64,000 nucleotides of DNA from Takakia lepidozioides (Eukaryota; Plantae; Bryophyta). Positions 50,325 through 61,605 of the stretch are shown piece by piece (the stretch's first letter is position 1; the number at the start of each line of letters is the position of its first letter). A program made the translations under genes and the position numbers. Where the stretch lies: contig CM060731.1 of assembly GCA_030704615.1 (NCBI GenBank), positions 36,580,001-36,644,000 on the forward strand. The letters are read 5' to 3'. The notes under the pieces are model-generated. The model saw nothing but the letters and a program-made list of their open reading frames with translations, did not search any database and was not told where the DNA came from.

Positions 50325-52900
50325 GGGGGAGGTGCACATTGTGAGTGTCATCACGGAGTTACCCAGGTTCTGAGGGGAGTACGGCTACAGGCAGTAGCAG
50401 TGAGAGTGGGTTCACCAGACGAGGTGTTCGTTTCATACCACCTTCACCTCCACCCTCAAACTAGTGCAGAGTCAGACACAGACTCGGAGGCTTCATCAAC
50501 AGGTGTGCACTTTCATTCGCCATTGTTGTGGGACGACATGGAGGAGATGTATGGAGCTACCAAGGGGCCTCGTAGGTACTCTGGAGCTGTGGGCACAATC
50601 GAGCTGGATGACTTTATCCAGGAGTTTGACAGCTGGTGTGATTTGCAACAGATGCGCAATCCACAGCTATTCACCCCATTCATGGTGTGGAAGGGACTGT
50701 TCCAGCATTTGGAAGGCCCGCCTATGGACGATTACCACGAGTTCAGGCAAGGACATGAAGCAGAGATTGAGGAGTGGAGGATGTATTGGTCACCTGACTA
50801 CGTCTCCATTACTCGAGGCACGACGCAACCAGTAGCTGCATCAGTACCAATATCTCCCACTGCCAGCACTAGTAGTGGAACAAGTAGTGCAGGTGGTACC
50901 AGTTCAAAAGGTGCTACTACTCCTCCTGCCACGACTACAACACATGTGCCTAGATTCACCCGGTGGTGGAGTTCTTCCAGGAGTTGCGGAGGAACTACCA
51001 AGGTGTACGGGACAGAGAAGTTGCGAAGTTTGCAAGACTTCCAGCGCAAACCCAGTGAGAGCCTGCGAGAGGCGTACACTCGTATGAGGCGCTTGATAAG
51101 TGTTACCCAGGGGTTACTGAAGCTCAGGCAATCCAGTTTTGGTATGGAATTCTGGACAAGGAGCTCAAGAGAGTGTGCGAGATGCAACCCTGTTACAAGC
51201 AGCCCAACCCACATTAGCAGATGTGTTTCTGCTGGCTGAGCGGATTGAGCTCAACATGGTGGAGGAGCGAGTTGTTACCATTGGATTTGGCAAGGACATG
51301 CCTGCACGAGGCGCAGCTGCCAGCCCACAGGCACAAGGGACTGCCCAACAACGTGGTCAGGGGGGCAAGGTTTCCCAACCAAGTTCCATGGAGCTTACAG
51401 GGGACCTCAGGTGCAGAGGCCCGTGGCATCTTTTGCAGGCCAACAGCAACCAGGGGTGATATGTTGGACATGTGGAGGACCCCATGTCAAGAGAGATTGC
51501 CCAGAGTGGCAGAAGGCTGGCACAAGCACAGCCTGCACAGTTTGCAGTGTGGGCATTGTGGCAAGTATGGGCATGGAGATGCCCAGTGTTATGACTTGCA
51601 TCCTGAGTTGCGCCCAGGCCAGTTCCAAGGGAACAATGGTGGCCGGGGGCGAGGTGGACCAGCCCAGAGAGGACGAGGTGGTCGGGCACGAGGTGCAGGC
51701 CAAGGGCAAGCTCAACATGGCCAAGGACGCGGTGGTCAGGGTGTTGACCAAGGCATGGCCAACCGGCTTCAGCAGCTAGAGCAGAGGCTTGCTGTAATGG
51801 CTATAGCTCAGGCGGTACAACCGGCTCCCAGGCGGGATGGTCCACCTCCTGCTCCTGAGGGAGGAGATATGGGAGGCATGGGATTCATGTGCGGAGCAGC
51901 ACTACCACTAGAGCGGGTGGAGTCTGCTGCAGCCGTGTCTCGAGGAGCAGCACGAGTTCCTGAGCCACGAGGTGTAGAGGTGGGATTGGATTCACAGCGT
52001 GGGGAGGCAAGCCGTCAGGCGAGGCTTCCTCAGTCATTCACATTGGCGGAGACTGTGTCGACGCCATCCATGGCACCTAGTTCTCGCCCGACTGTTTTCG
52101 AGGCGGAGGTTACTATGCCATTGGGGAGAGCTACACGTGCAGCACTGACACCTGCTACCAAGGCTAGTGCAGCCGGTGTGTTTTGAGGGCAGCCACCTTT
52201 GTGTGTCAAGCCCACTGTTCTCGGCAACCATGATTGCGACGCCGGGGGTAAGGCCAGCTACAGTGTTCAGACTAGCAGCAACACTCTGTGAGAGTGGGGA
52301 GGTCACTTCATCTTCTGCGGAGTTACCGGAAGGTGTAGTGGCAGAGGGATCCTCAGATTTGAGGGTCAAGACTGCCACGGCTGCGCCATGGCAAGCTGCA
52401 GCTGCCAGGTTGACGGAGCTGCCAGCTAGGCCAGCCTTTGAGCGCGCCATGGTGACACCTGGAGTTGTCTTGTTAGACAACCAGGATGACATTTTCTCTT
52501 TGAGTGGACCGGCAGGCAAGAAGTACCGGCCACTGCGGGTCTTGTTGGACTCGGGAGCTCAGCCACTGATGTCGGGCAGAGCTGCTATTGCAGGTTTGGG
52601 CCTCATGGAGGCGGATATGGAGCCTTGTCCTTTCCAGATACAGACAATCTCGGGAGGATCAGAGCAGGCTCGGGGCATGACACGGCGTGAGTTGGCCATT
52701 GGACTACAAGCAGATCATCCTGTAGATGGCTCAATGATGCGAGCCAAGGCCGACAGACGCGGTCTCTTACGATGTCCTCGTTGGTGGGGCAGTGTGATAT
52801 CCCATGGGCTTCACCCTGGACTTTTGGGAGGAGTCAGAATCCTACAGGCCTGGATGGCAGTCAGGGGATGGTCGTCGTGCACAGCTCCCTGTGACATTCA
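50325..52900 (+). pseudogene. gag-aspartic protease, frameshifted (family A copy 2)
   Basis: Gag core, CWTCGGPHVKRDC, CGHCGKYGHGDAQC, LRVLLDSGAQPL (~52535-52570), YDVLVGG in a shifted frame. Confidence 0.88.
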
Positions 52901-53253
52901 TTGGGGGTATTGCGGCTGCCCAACGGGGCAAGATGCCAATACTAGCCGCCTTTACAGCTGTAGTTAGTTGGTCTGGAGAGTTGCTGGAAGGCAATGCCCA
53001 TGTAGAGGATGTGCCACCTCCAGCAGAGCAGGAGGATATGCATGGTATGGCGGAGTTGCCTGCCATGGTTGCTCACACTCCATTGTGGGGTACGAGCAAG
53101 GATTTGCAGTAGGTTGCTGATCGACGGGTGCAACAAGCCTGGGTAGAGGCTTTTGTACCGTCAGGAGAGGAGGAGAGTGCGGGTATTGCACCAGAACCAC
53201 CTCAGTTGTCACCATTGGATACCTCATCTATTGTGTGGCAGTATATGGATGAA

Positions 53254-53410
53254 GGCATTTGCCTTCTGGACTTGTTTGGCGGGATCAGCACCGGATTGGC
53301 TGCTGTGCTACAGGCAGGTGTGCGGGTAGAGGCGTTACCTGTATGTGAGAGGGATGAGACTGCACGACGCATCTCACTGCGCCATGTGGCTCAGTTGGTA
53401 CAGCAGTACC
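53254..53410 (+). pseudogene. N-terminal part of a cytosine-5 DNA methyltransferase (motifs I-II)
   Basis: GICLLDLFGGISTGLAAVLQAGVRV-(RRYLYV in shifted frame)-ERDETAR resembles DNMT3 IRVLSLFDGIATGL...LGIQVDRYIASE. Confidence 0.8.
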
Positions 53411-53534
53411 TGTTAGAGGACTGTAGGGGACTAAGACACTTATACGGGATCTGTAGGGTACCCTTAATTTTTGCACAGACTGAGACAAACAGGAACCTTA
53501 GGGGTGACAGCAGCGCACTGTAGAGGGGGGTTAC

Positions 53535-53745
53535 ATAGCCACACACACAGCCGACACAGCAGTCACAGCCCACACAGCCAACACAGCCCATCACAGTCGT
53601 CACAGCACACACAGCCCGTCACAGTCGTCACAGCCCACACAGCCCACACAGCCCGTCACAGTCGTCACAGCAGACACAGCCCACACAGCCAGTCACAGCC
53701 CGACACAGCCAAACACAGCCAGTCACCGCTTGACACAGCTGTCAC
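53535..53745 (+). repeat. CACAGCC/CACAGTCGT tandem minisatellite
   Basis: Direct reading; a related array lies at 61113-61412. Confidence 0.9.
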
Positions 53746-54256
53746 GATAATAGGGAACGAAGAGTAGGACAGGGAACGACTGTGGGGAACAACACCTGTG
53801 AAGGGAACATGTTAGTTCACATACGACGGTTAGAGAGGGAAACGGTTAGAACCGCGGATAGGAGGATAAAGGGAGAAACGGGGAATGAAGAAGGGATTAT
53901 GATTCGGGGGAGGAGGATTTCGGAGTGAGACGGGAGCGGAAGTCGGTGAGCACGATGAAGGAGGAAAGAGGATTAGTAGATGCTTGTTATATGCAAAGCT
54001 GTAGGGATATTGTAGAGGAGAATAGAGACACAATGGCTTCGGCCTGATACCTGATAAATCATAATCTGATACTTATACGATACAATCACACTGTGTAGAG
54101 AGATCTGAGTGAAGCTGTGGATTGAATGGAGGAGTGAAGGAAACCGATAAATTGATGAAGCAAACTGATACTTAATTATCAATGGTAAGGTAGCTAAGAT
54201 GAATGCGGAAAAGGAAACAAATAGGAAACACCCCCATGATACACTAGCTGTAGGTC

Positions 54257-54952
54257 ATGACTGATTGTTCTGCGCGGGCTGAGTACTTAGAGATTTCCAA
54301 CTCTTCTATCTTGGAGTTTCCGCCTCGGATAGCGAAGGGATGGGTGAGTAAAAGCCGCGCGACATTTGGCGACCATACTGGGGACCTGGGACATGAACAA
54401 CCAGATGTGACAGGCATCTGGTGGGATCATGGTGGTTGGACCATTAAAGAATTTGAAGTGAATCAAATTCCCTGTGGAACGAAGGAAGAAAGATTGTCCA
54501 AACAATTCTTTCAAAGGTTCTTGGAATTGCCAGACGGATGTAAAGAAAATATTCTTAAACGAGTGCATGATGCTGATCCAGAATGGGGTCTGGAGAAAGG
54601 AGTGATAAAGATTTATCAGGTAGCCTGTAGAGGAAGAGCACGTTGGTTACCAACATTAGTTTATGTGATAGCGTTGCTATCCATTAAACGAGTAGAGTTT
54701 GAAGGCTGGGAAGAAAGAAAGGTGAATGTTTATACTCATATGCATGAAGAGCTTGTACTGGTAAAGAATTGGATTCCAAAGGATATTTTGTGGATCAAAC
54801 TCACACCAAGAACAGCTTTTCAGACTTGTTTGCCATATGGTTATATGGTAACGGAGACTTCAAGTATAGCCAAGGGTGCATTGAAGCTTGAAAGAAATCC
54901 AGGCATATACGAGAGATATTACAGAAGAGAGTTTTGGTTATTGCCACATTAA
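54257..54952 (+). CDS. Extra 5' ORF of family D, 231 aa, unknown function
   Basis: Open, complex-composition ORF between the LTR region and gag. Confidence 0.55.
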   Translation: MTDCSARAEYLEISNSSILEFPPRIAKGWVSKSRATFGDHTGDLGHEQPDVTGIWWDHGGWTIKEFEVNQIPCGTKEERLSKQFFQRFLELPDGCKENILKRVHDADPEWGLEKGVIKIYQVACRGRARWLPTLVYVIALLSIKRVEFEGWEERKVNVYTHMHEELVLVKNWIPKDILWIKLTPRTAFQTCLPYGYMVTETSSIAKGALKLERNPGIYERYYRREFWLLPH

Positions 54953-54973
54953 AAGAAATGAAAGACATGGGAC

Positions 54974-55666
54974 ATGAGTGATGAAAGAGAAGCTAGACGA
55001 CAAAGATATTCATCAAAAAGAGAAAGCTATCTGAAAGCTAATTATCCATATCTTTGGGAGAGAGGAATAGACATAGGGGAATCATCTGGACCTCTCACAC
55101 CATCAAGATCAAAAAGTGCATCACCTATACCGGAAGAACTAGAGTTGGATGCCACTCCTTCTGTTTCTTTGCAAGAAAGATTAAGGGAATTGGTACAGGA
55201 AGAAGATCAATCACGAGGTGAAAGATCTGAGGTACATCCTTGGATAAAAGACTTGACAGAAATCTTTGATAAGAGTTGGCATGGAACACCAAAAGCAGGA
55301 ACTCCAGTTTCTGAAGCAGAAGATGAAGAAGGAGATGAGGATGTGGCAGAGCCAACGGAGAGTTCAGACTCTCCAACACCATTACAGTTGAGTTACATGA
55401 GTGAAGAAGAAACCCAAGGGCAGAACTTGGAGGATGAAAACAGAGAGAAGAAATTGGAAGAGGAAGAATATGAAGAAGTAGACCCAACAGCTGAGGTTGA
55501 GACTACAACCAGGACATCCCAACCCGTTGGACCTGGATCAAGTGGAGCACTTAGATCACAGGCCAACGAAGGTGTCGGCTCAGGGGGATCAGGCGGGCTG
55601 CCTGGATCTGGCTCTGGGGGACAGGGAGTGTGGGAAGTAGTGCAACTGAAGCTGGGAATACTGTGA
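54974..55666 (+). CDS. Acidic low-complexity ORF, possibly a gag N-terminal extension separated by a frameshift
   Basis: Overlaps the start of the gag-pol ORF; Glu/Gly/Ser-rich. Confidence 0.5.
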   Translation: MSDEREARRQRYSSKRESYLKANYPYLWERGIDIGESSGPLTPSRSKSASPIPEELELDATPSVSLQERLRELVQEEDQSRGERSEVHPWIKDLTEIFDKSWHGTPKAGTPVSEAEDEEGDEDVAEPTESSDSPTPLQLSYMSEEETQGQNLEDENREKKLEEEEYEEVDPTAEVETTTRTSQPVGPGSSGALRSQANEGVGSGGSGGLPGSGSGGQGVWEVVQLKLGIL

Positions 55667-58600
55667 ATATCGTGGGGCCAGAAGCAGGGAGTGCTCAAGG
55701 GCCACCACTTGGTGGAAGATCCACCACAAAAACAACAGGTCCAGAAGGACCAGCACCAGCAAGGGTGCCAGCACCTGTCAGTGGGCAGAAGGTAGGGCCA
55801 CAGATGGCGTTACAACCAACACGGGCAAAACCACCCTTTCCAATATATTCAGGAAAAGGGGATCCCGATGTACACATTAGCCAATTTGAGCACATGTGTA
55901 TAGTGAACAATGAGAATGGCGATGATGCCAAGATGAGACTGTTTCCTTGTTCACTTATCAAGAAAGCAAGTGAATGGTATGCAAGATTCCCTGATAATCA
56001 TTTCCTAACCTGGAATGGCTTGAATACAGCATTTCGAAATAGGTTCAGGACAAGTAAAACTGAGGATGAAGTGTATGGAAGTTTACAACAGCTGAAGCAG
56101 AAGAAGCATGAAACTGTTGAAGAGTATATGGAGAAGATGGAATTGATGATGAAAAAGCTGGCTGCAGTACCAGCACCCGGTTTACAGAAGACTTGGTTTG
56201 TGAGTGGACTAAGACCAGAGTTGCAGAAGAAAGTGGATATGTTACCCCATAATACAGTGGAGGAGGCATTTGAAACTGCAAACAGAATTGAGCAATTGGG
56301 AATGCTCAGGAGAGAGAAAAAGGAAGATGAGGACTCTGAAGATGAGTCAGATGAAGAAGAAGAGCAAGAACTAAAAAGAAAGAGTAAGAGAAAGGAAAAG
56401 TTGAAGAGGGATAACTATGAGAAAAGATTGGAAGAAATCTTGAAGAAGTATGCCACAGAGGCTGCAACACATTGGAGGAAGGGTGTATGGTGTGCAAAGT
56501 GCCAGAATGAAGGCCATACCACTACAGAATGCCACATGAAGGAGAAACACTGTACTATCTGTAAAATGGATAACCATTCTACTGAGAATTGTTACTACAA
56601 CAGAAGGACAGCTGCAAGAGAACCTAGGCAAGTGAGGGTGCATCAGGTGCAGCCCCAGCCAAGAAGAAGCAATGATCAGGACCACTATGGTAGGTCTGGT
56701 GGTTATAACAATGGCATGGAAGGGAGAGGTAATTCAAGAGGGAATTACCAAGGAAATTCCAGAGGCAACTATCAGGGTAATCCAAGGGGGAATTACCAGC
56801 CCGGGAATCAGGATTATAGAAATAATCCAAGAACAGACCAAGGGCGAGGACCCAATGGTGAAGAGCTATGTTACTATTGTAATCAGCCAGGACATCGCAA
56901 GGCAGCCTGTTCATTCTGGATAAGACACCAGAATGAGATGAGAGCTCCTGTGAATGAGGGCCCAGTGGTGGCAGCTCACATGGTTAGGCCATGTGTTGTA
57001 CCAGAAGTAAGTACAATGATAGTAACAAGAAGTAAAGCCAAACTAATACCTCCAGTAGAAGAGGAAGAAGATGAGACTGGAAGTGGCAATGATATGCCTG
57101 AAGATGAAGAGACTTGGAAAGATGAGAAGGAACTGCACAAGGAAGTGGCAGATACTATAAGGGAAATGCAAAAGAGTACGGATATTCCTGTGGCAGATTC
57201 CTCTGATTCGGATGGAGAAAAAGAGGGGAGTGAGGAAGAAAGGAAAAAAGAAGATGCAGACATGCAAAGTAATGAAGAGACTTTGGCTGAAGTAATATGT
57301 CAGACCAAAGCAGAAATTACCATTGGACAGCTATTAGCTGTGGCACCTTATTGTAGGCACAGGCTGTATCAGGCAATCAATCGAATTGCCCAAGAGACAG
57401 GAAACACAGACCTGAACAGCAAGGTGACCAGTTATAATGTGAAGCCGGAAGGGCGAGAACCAGTCATGGACTTTGATGATTCTATGCCAGTAATCCAATT
57501 GAGAATTGGAAGCACAGAACTAACTGATGTACTGATAGATGGTGGTTCTGGAGTAAATATCATGACAGACCAATTAAGGAAGAAGCTTGGTCTAAGTAAC
57601 ATGAAACCAGCCCCATTTACAGTAACAATGGCAGATCAAAGAAGTGTACAGCCATTGGGATTAATAAGAGGAGTTAAGATACAGATACAGAAAATGATCT
57701 TTATGATCACAGTAACTGTATTAAAAATGGATGAAGTCATGGAGGCTTACTCCTTATTATTGGGACGTCCGTGGCTGAAACAGGCCAGGGTATTCCATGA
57801 CTGGAATTCTCAGTTACTAACTGTGCATAATGGGATGCACGAGATACAAATTACCACAAAGAAATCTAGTAGATTACCTGCTACAAGAAGACCTCGAGGA
57901 GTCAGAGAGTATGACTGGAGGGGAGGACTGGATGAGGAGCAGGAAGCTACCCTATTTGCTGCACACCCAGAATGGGAGCAGGTTGCAGAGATGCGGCTGG
58001 AAAGCCTAAGTTGTTTGAGAGGTATCTGCTGTGGTGTAGTGACAGCAACACCAACTGAAGAAGAAACCAGCATTTACCCATCACATTTCTATGAAGAAAG
58101 AGAAGGAGAAATAGAAATCCTAGAAGAACCAGCCACTGTGAGCTTACAGGATGAAGTGGTGACTGGTTGGACAATCACAGCTGATGAGCAGGTGAGAGAA
58201 GTAAATGTGGGAACTCAGGAGGAACCGAGGATGGTGAAAGTAGGAGCTGATTTGGAGCCGGAATTCTTCGAAGAAGCTAAAAGCTTGTTCATCAAATACA
58301 GAGATGTATTTGCTTGGAGCTATGAGGATCTAAAAGGGATACCACCTGAAGTCTGTCAGCATAAAATTGAACTGGAACCAGGGTCAGTACCAATCAAGCA
58401 GGCGAGGTATAGAATGAATCCCAACTACGCACAGAAGGTTGGAGAAGAGATAAAGAAGTTGGCTGAGGCTAAGTTTATATACCCAATAGAGTATACAACT
58501 TGGTTGTCACCCATTGTTATAGTTCCCAAGAAGAATGGCAAACTAAGAGTATGTGTGAACTATAAGAAGCTGAATGCTTGTACGAAGAAAGATCCTTTCC

Positions 58601-61374
58601 CTTTGCCATTCACAGAAGCAGTATTAGACACTGTGGCAGGCCATGAGATGTACTCATTCATGGATGGCTTCAGTGGTTATAATCAAGTGCAAGTGGCAGA
58701 AGAAGACCAAGGGAAAACAGCTTTCATCACAGACTGGGGGGCTTATGCATACAAAGTCATGCCCTTTGGACTTTGTAATGCACCAGCGACCTTTCAGAGA
58801 GTGATAAGTGAATCTTTTCATGAGTATCTGGATGATTTCATGCAGGTATTCTTGGATGATTTCAGTGTGTACAGCTCTAAGAATGAGCACTTGCATAAAT
58901 TGGAGTTATGCCTGGCCAGATGCAGGATGAGAGGTCTGGGCTTGAATCCAGAGAAGTGTACTTTCTGTGTGAACTCAGGGGTGCTTCTGGGACACATTGT
59001 GTGTAAGAAGGGACTTCTTGTGGATCCCAGGAAGACAGAGTCCATTAAAGTCTCTCCACCACCAGTGAATGTTAAGAGTTTAAGGAGATTCCTTGGGCAA
59101 ACCAGTTATTACAGAAGATTTGTCAAAAGGTATGCACAAATAGCAGCACCATTGAGCAAGCTTCTGAAGAAAGATGCAGTGTTTGCATGGACAGCTGAAT
59201 GTCAACAGGCGTTTGAGGAACTTACACTGTCAGTAACAACTACACCTGTGCTGATTAACCCTCACTGGCATGTAGTATTTCATGTTCACTGCGATGCATC
59301 AGGAGAAGCGTTGGGAGCGGTGTTAGCCCAGAATGTTACAGGGAATATAGATTCACCTGTGTACTATGCTAGCCGGTTGATGAACAGTGCTGAGAGGAAC
59401 TATAGCACAACGGAAAGAGAAGCATTGGCAATGATCTATGCAGTGAAGAAATTCAGGCATTACCTATTGGGAAGAAAGTTTATGTTTTATGTGGATCACC
59501 AGGCTCTGATATATCTGGTGAACAAACCTTTGATAAGTGGAAGGATAGCGAGGTGGTTAATAATCTTGCATGAGTTTGAGTTCGAGGTTATTTACAAGCC
59601 TGGCCGTTTGCATCTTGTGGCAGATCATTTGTCACGACTAACAACAGGAGAGGCCGCCACAGGAGTGGACGATCAGTTACCTGATGCGAGTTTATTTGTA
59701 ATGGAGGTGCAAGGAAGTGCAGATGAATGGTTAGATTGGCAGTGGCCAATCAGATACTACCTTGCTCATGGTCAGTGCCCACCTAGTTATGGTAAGGAGC
59801 AGAGGAAGAGAATTGCTATCAGAGCTTTACCTTATACTATGGTAGGAAGCAGAATGTATAAGTTAGGACCTGATGGAGTACTAAAACGATGCTTGTACCA
59901 CCATGAAGTAAATAAAGTCTTGGAGGAAGTTCATAAAGGAGTGGCTGGAGGTCATTTTGGAGAAGAGACTACCAGTAGAAAGATACTACTCGCAGGATAC
60001 TGGTGGCCTACTTTGTTCAAAGATGTACATGAGTATTGTCAGAAGTGTGATGAATGTCAGAGGCTAGGACCTTTGCAGAGATCTGGAAGAATGGCCTTGC
60101 ATCCTACAATGCCTACGGAACCATTTCAGAAATGGGGACTAGACTTTGTTGGACCAATTAATCCACCATCCAAGAATACACGAAACAGGTACATAATTAC
60201 AGCCACTGATTATACTACAAAGTGGGTGGAAGCTAAAGCTTTGAGGGACAACACAGCCAAGTCCACAGCAAGGTTCCTGTACGAGAACATACTTACACGA
60301 TTTGGATGTCCCTTAGAATTTATCAGTGATCAAGGAAGTCACTTCATGAATGAGACCATTGAGTTATTGACTAAAGAGTTTATGATTGTGCATAGAAAGA
60401 GTACAACATATTACCCACAGGGTAATGGGCAGGCAGAGGCTACCAACAAAATACTATGTACTATCTTGGCTAAGATAGTCAATGCAAACAGAACGGATTG
60501 GGATACAAAGCTGCTGACAGCTTTGTGGTCATACAGGACTTCATATAAAGTCACCACTAAGTATACACCATTCCAATTAGTTTATGGTATGGAAGCCTTA
60601 CTTCCAGTGGAATTCCTGTTACCTACCATGAGAACGGAGTGGGGAAAAAGAATGGAATTGCAAGACTCCATCAAGGTCAGGAAACATGAATTATACCATG
60701 TGGAAGAAGTACGTGCTGATGCAGCTGATAATATGACCAGAATTCAGATGAAGCGAAAGGAACAGTTTGATGAAGGCAAATTAAAGACTTTTAAGACGGG
60801 GGATTTGGTTCTATGGTTGCAGAAGAAAGGAAAGATTCAAGCTTCTAAGCTTAAATCACCATGGAAAGGACCTTATGTCATACAAAAGATGTATGATAAC
60901 AACACAGCCATGTTACAAACCATTAACAAAGAAATGCTGGGAAGAGTCAATGCAAATAAGTTGAAGGGGTACAGTGGTATCCATGACAAACCCCTGCAGC
61001 ATGATTTGCATGTTGAACCGCAAGAGCAGTCACGGGCTGCACCAGTGTTACGAACGGAGTATGGAACACTTGTCGCTAGGCCCAGTATATATGACCGGGG
61101 TGGGCAAAACAAACGTGACACAGCCTATCACAGCCCATCACGGCGTGACACAGCCTATCACAGCCCATCACGGCGTGACACAGCCTATCACAGCCCATCA
61201 CGACGTGACACAGCAACCACAGCCCAGCAAGGCGCAACACAGCCCACAGCCCGTCACGACGTGACACAGCCAACCACAACCCAGCAAGGCGCAACACAGC
61301 CTATCACAACCTACCGCAGCGTGTCACAGCCTATCACAGCTTACCACAGTGCAACACAGCCTATCACAGCGTAA
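55630..61374 (+). CDS. gag-pol polyprotein (gag, 3 CCHC knuckles, PR, RT, RNase H, integrase)
   Basis: 1914 aa open. LIDGGS; MPFGLCNAPATFQR...FLDD; CDASG...TEREALA; H..GGHFG..C..C; WGLDFVG, SDQGSHF, QAEATNK. No chromodomain. Confidence 0.97.
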   Translation: MGSSATEAGNTVNIVGPEAGSAQGPPLGGRSTTKTTGPEGPAPARVPAPVSGQKVGPQMALQPTRAKPPFPIYSGKGDPDVHISQFEHMCIVNNENGDDAKMRLFPCSLIKKASEWYARFPDNHFLTWNGLNTAFRNRFRTSKTEDEVYGSLQQLKQKKHETVEEYMEKMELMMKKLAAVPAPGLQKTWFVSGLRPELQKKVDMLPHNTVEEAFETANRIEQLGMLRREKKEDEDSEDESDEEEEQELKRKSKRKEKLKRDNYEKRLEEILKKYATEAATHWRKGVWCAKCQNEGHTTTECHMKEKHCTICKMDNHSTENCYYNRRTAAREPRQVRVHQVQPQPRRSNDQDHYGRSGGYNNGMEGRGNSRGNYQGNSRGNYQGNPRGNYQPGNQDYRNNPRTDQGRGPNGEELCYYCNQPGHRKAACSFWIRHQNEMRAPVNEGPVVAAHMVRPCVVPEVSTMIVTRSKAKLIPPVEEEEDETGSGNDMPEDEETWKDEKELHKEVADTIREMQKSTDIPVADSSDSDGEKEGSEEERKKEDADMQSNEETLAEVICQTKAEITIGQLLAVAPYCRHRLYQAINRIAQETGNTDLNSKVTSYNVKPEGREPVMDFDDSMPVIQLRIGSTELTDVLIDGGSGVNIMTDQLRKKLGLSNMKPAPFTVTMADQRSVQPLGLIRGVKIQIQKMIFMITVTVLKMDEVMEAYSLLLGRPWLKQARVFHDWNSQLLTVHNGMHEIQITTKKSSRLPATRRPRGVREYDWRGGLDEEQEATLFAAHPEWEQVAEMRLESLSCLRGICCGVVTATPTEEETSIYPSHFYEEREGEIEILEEPATVSLQDEVVTGWTITADEQVREVNVGTQEEPRMVKVGADLEPEFFEEAKSLFIKYRDVFAWSYEDLKGIPPEVCQHKIELEPGSVPIKQARYRMNPNYAQKVGEEIKKLAEAKFIYPIEYTTWLSPIVIVPKKNGKLRVCVNYKKLNACTKKDPFPLPFTEAVLDTVAGHEMYSFMDGFSGYNQVQVAEEDQGKTAFITDWGAYAYKVMPFGLCNAPATFQRVISESFHEYLDDFMQVFLDDFSVYSSKNEHLHKLELCLARCRMRGLGLNPEKCTFCVNSGVLLGHIVCKKGLLVDPRKTESIKVSPPPVNVKSLRRFLGQTSYYRRFVKRYAQIAAPLSKLLKKDAVFAWTAECQQAFEELTLSVTTTPVLINPHWHVVFHVHCDASGEALGAVLAQNVTGNIDSPVYYASRLMNSAERNYSTTEREALAMIYAVKKFRHYLLGRKFMFYVDHQALIYLVNKPLISGRIARWLIILHEFEFEVIYKPGRLHLVADHLSRLTTGEAATGVDDQLPDASLFVMEVQGSADEWLDWQWPIRYYLAHGQCPPSYGKEQRKRIAIRALPYTMVGSRMYKLGPDGVLKRCLYHHEVNKVLEEVHKGVAGGHFGEETTSRKILLAGYWWPTLFKDVHEYCQKCDECQRLGPLQRSGRMALHPTMPTEPFQKWGLDFVGPINPPSKNTRNRYIITATDYTTKWVEAKALRDNTAKSTARFLYENILTRFGCPLEFISDQGSHFMNETIELLTKEFMIVHRKSTTYYPQGNGQAEATNKILCTILAKIVNANRTDWDTKLLTALWSYRTSYKVTTKYTPFQLVYGMEALLPVEFLLPTMRTEWGKRMELQDSIKVRKHELYHVEEVRADAADNMTRIQMKRKEQFDEGKLKTFKTGDLVLWLQKKGKIQASKLKSPWKGPYVIQKMYDNNTAMLQTINKEMLGRVNANKLKGYSGIHDKPLQHDLHVEPQEQSRAAPVLRTEYGTLVARPSIYDRGGQNKRDTAYHSPSRRDTAYHSPSRRDTAYHSPSRRDTATTAQQGATQPTARHDVTQPTTTQQGATQPITTYRSVSQPITAYHSATQPITA

Positions 61375-61412
61375 CACAGTATGACACAGCCTGTCACAGC
61401 TCAACACAGCCT
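61113..61412 (+). repeat. 30-bp tandem repeat (CGTGACACAGCCTATCACAGCCCATCACGG) and variants
   Basis: Translates as RDTAYHSPSR x3 at the end of pol. Confidence 0.9.
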
Positions 61413-61605
61413 ACTAAAGTTACACGATCCATAGAATCAGTGACAAGTGGACACATAATAACTTCAGGAAAATGGATGACGGAAGAGGAAACGGAAATTA
61501 CTTTAAAAATAGACACGTGGAGGTCAGGGTGCGACACACAGCAGAGAATGAAGTGCAAGGACAGGTGTCAAAAAGAAAGAGGAACAAGAACGGCCGTCAA
61601 AAGGG

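Larger units (their letters stand above)
46915..53410 (+). mobile_element. Ty3/Gypsy family A, copy 2 (terminus, cargo, extra ORF, gag, protease, start of DNMT)
   Basis: Starts TGTCAAGTTAAAT; homologous to 1-6150; interrupted at 53411. Confidence 0.9.
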
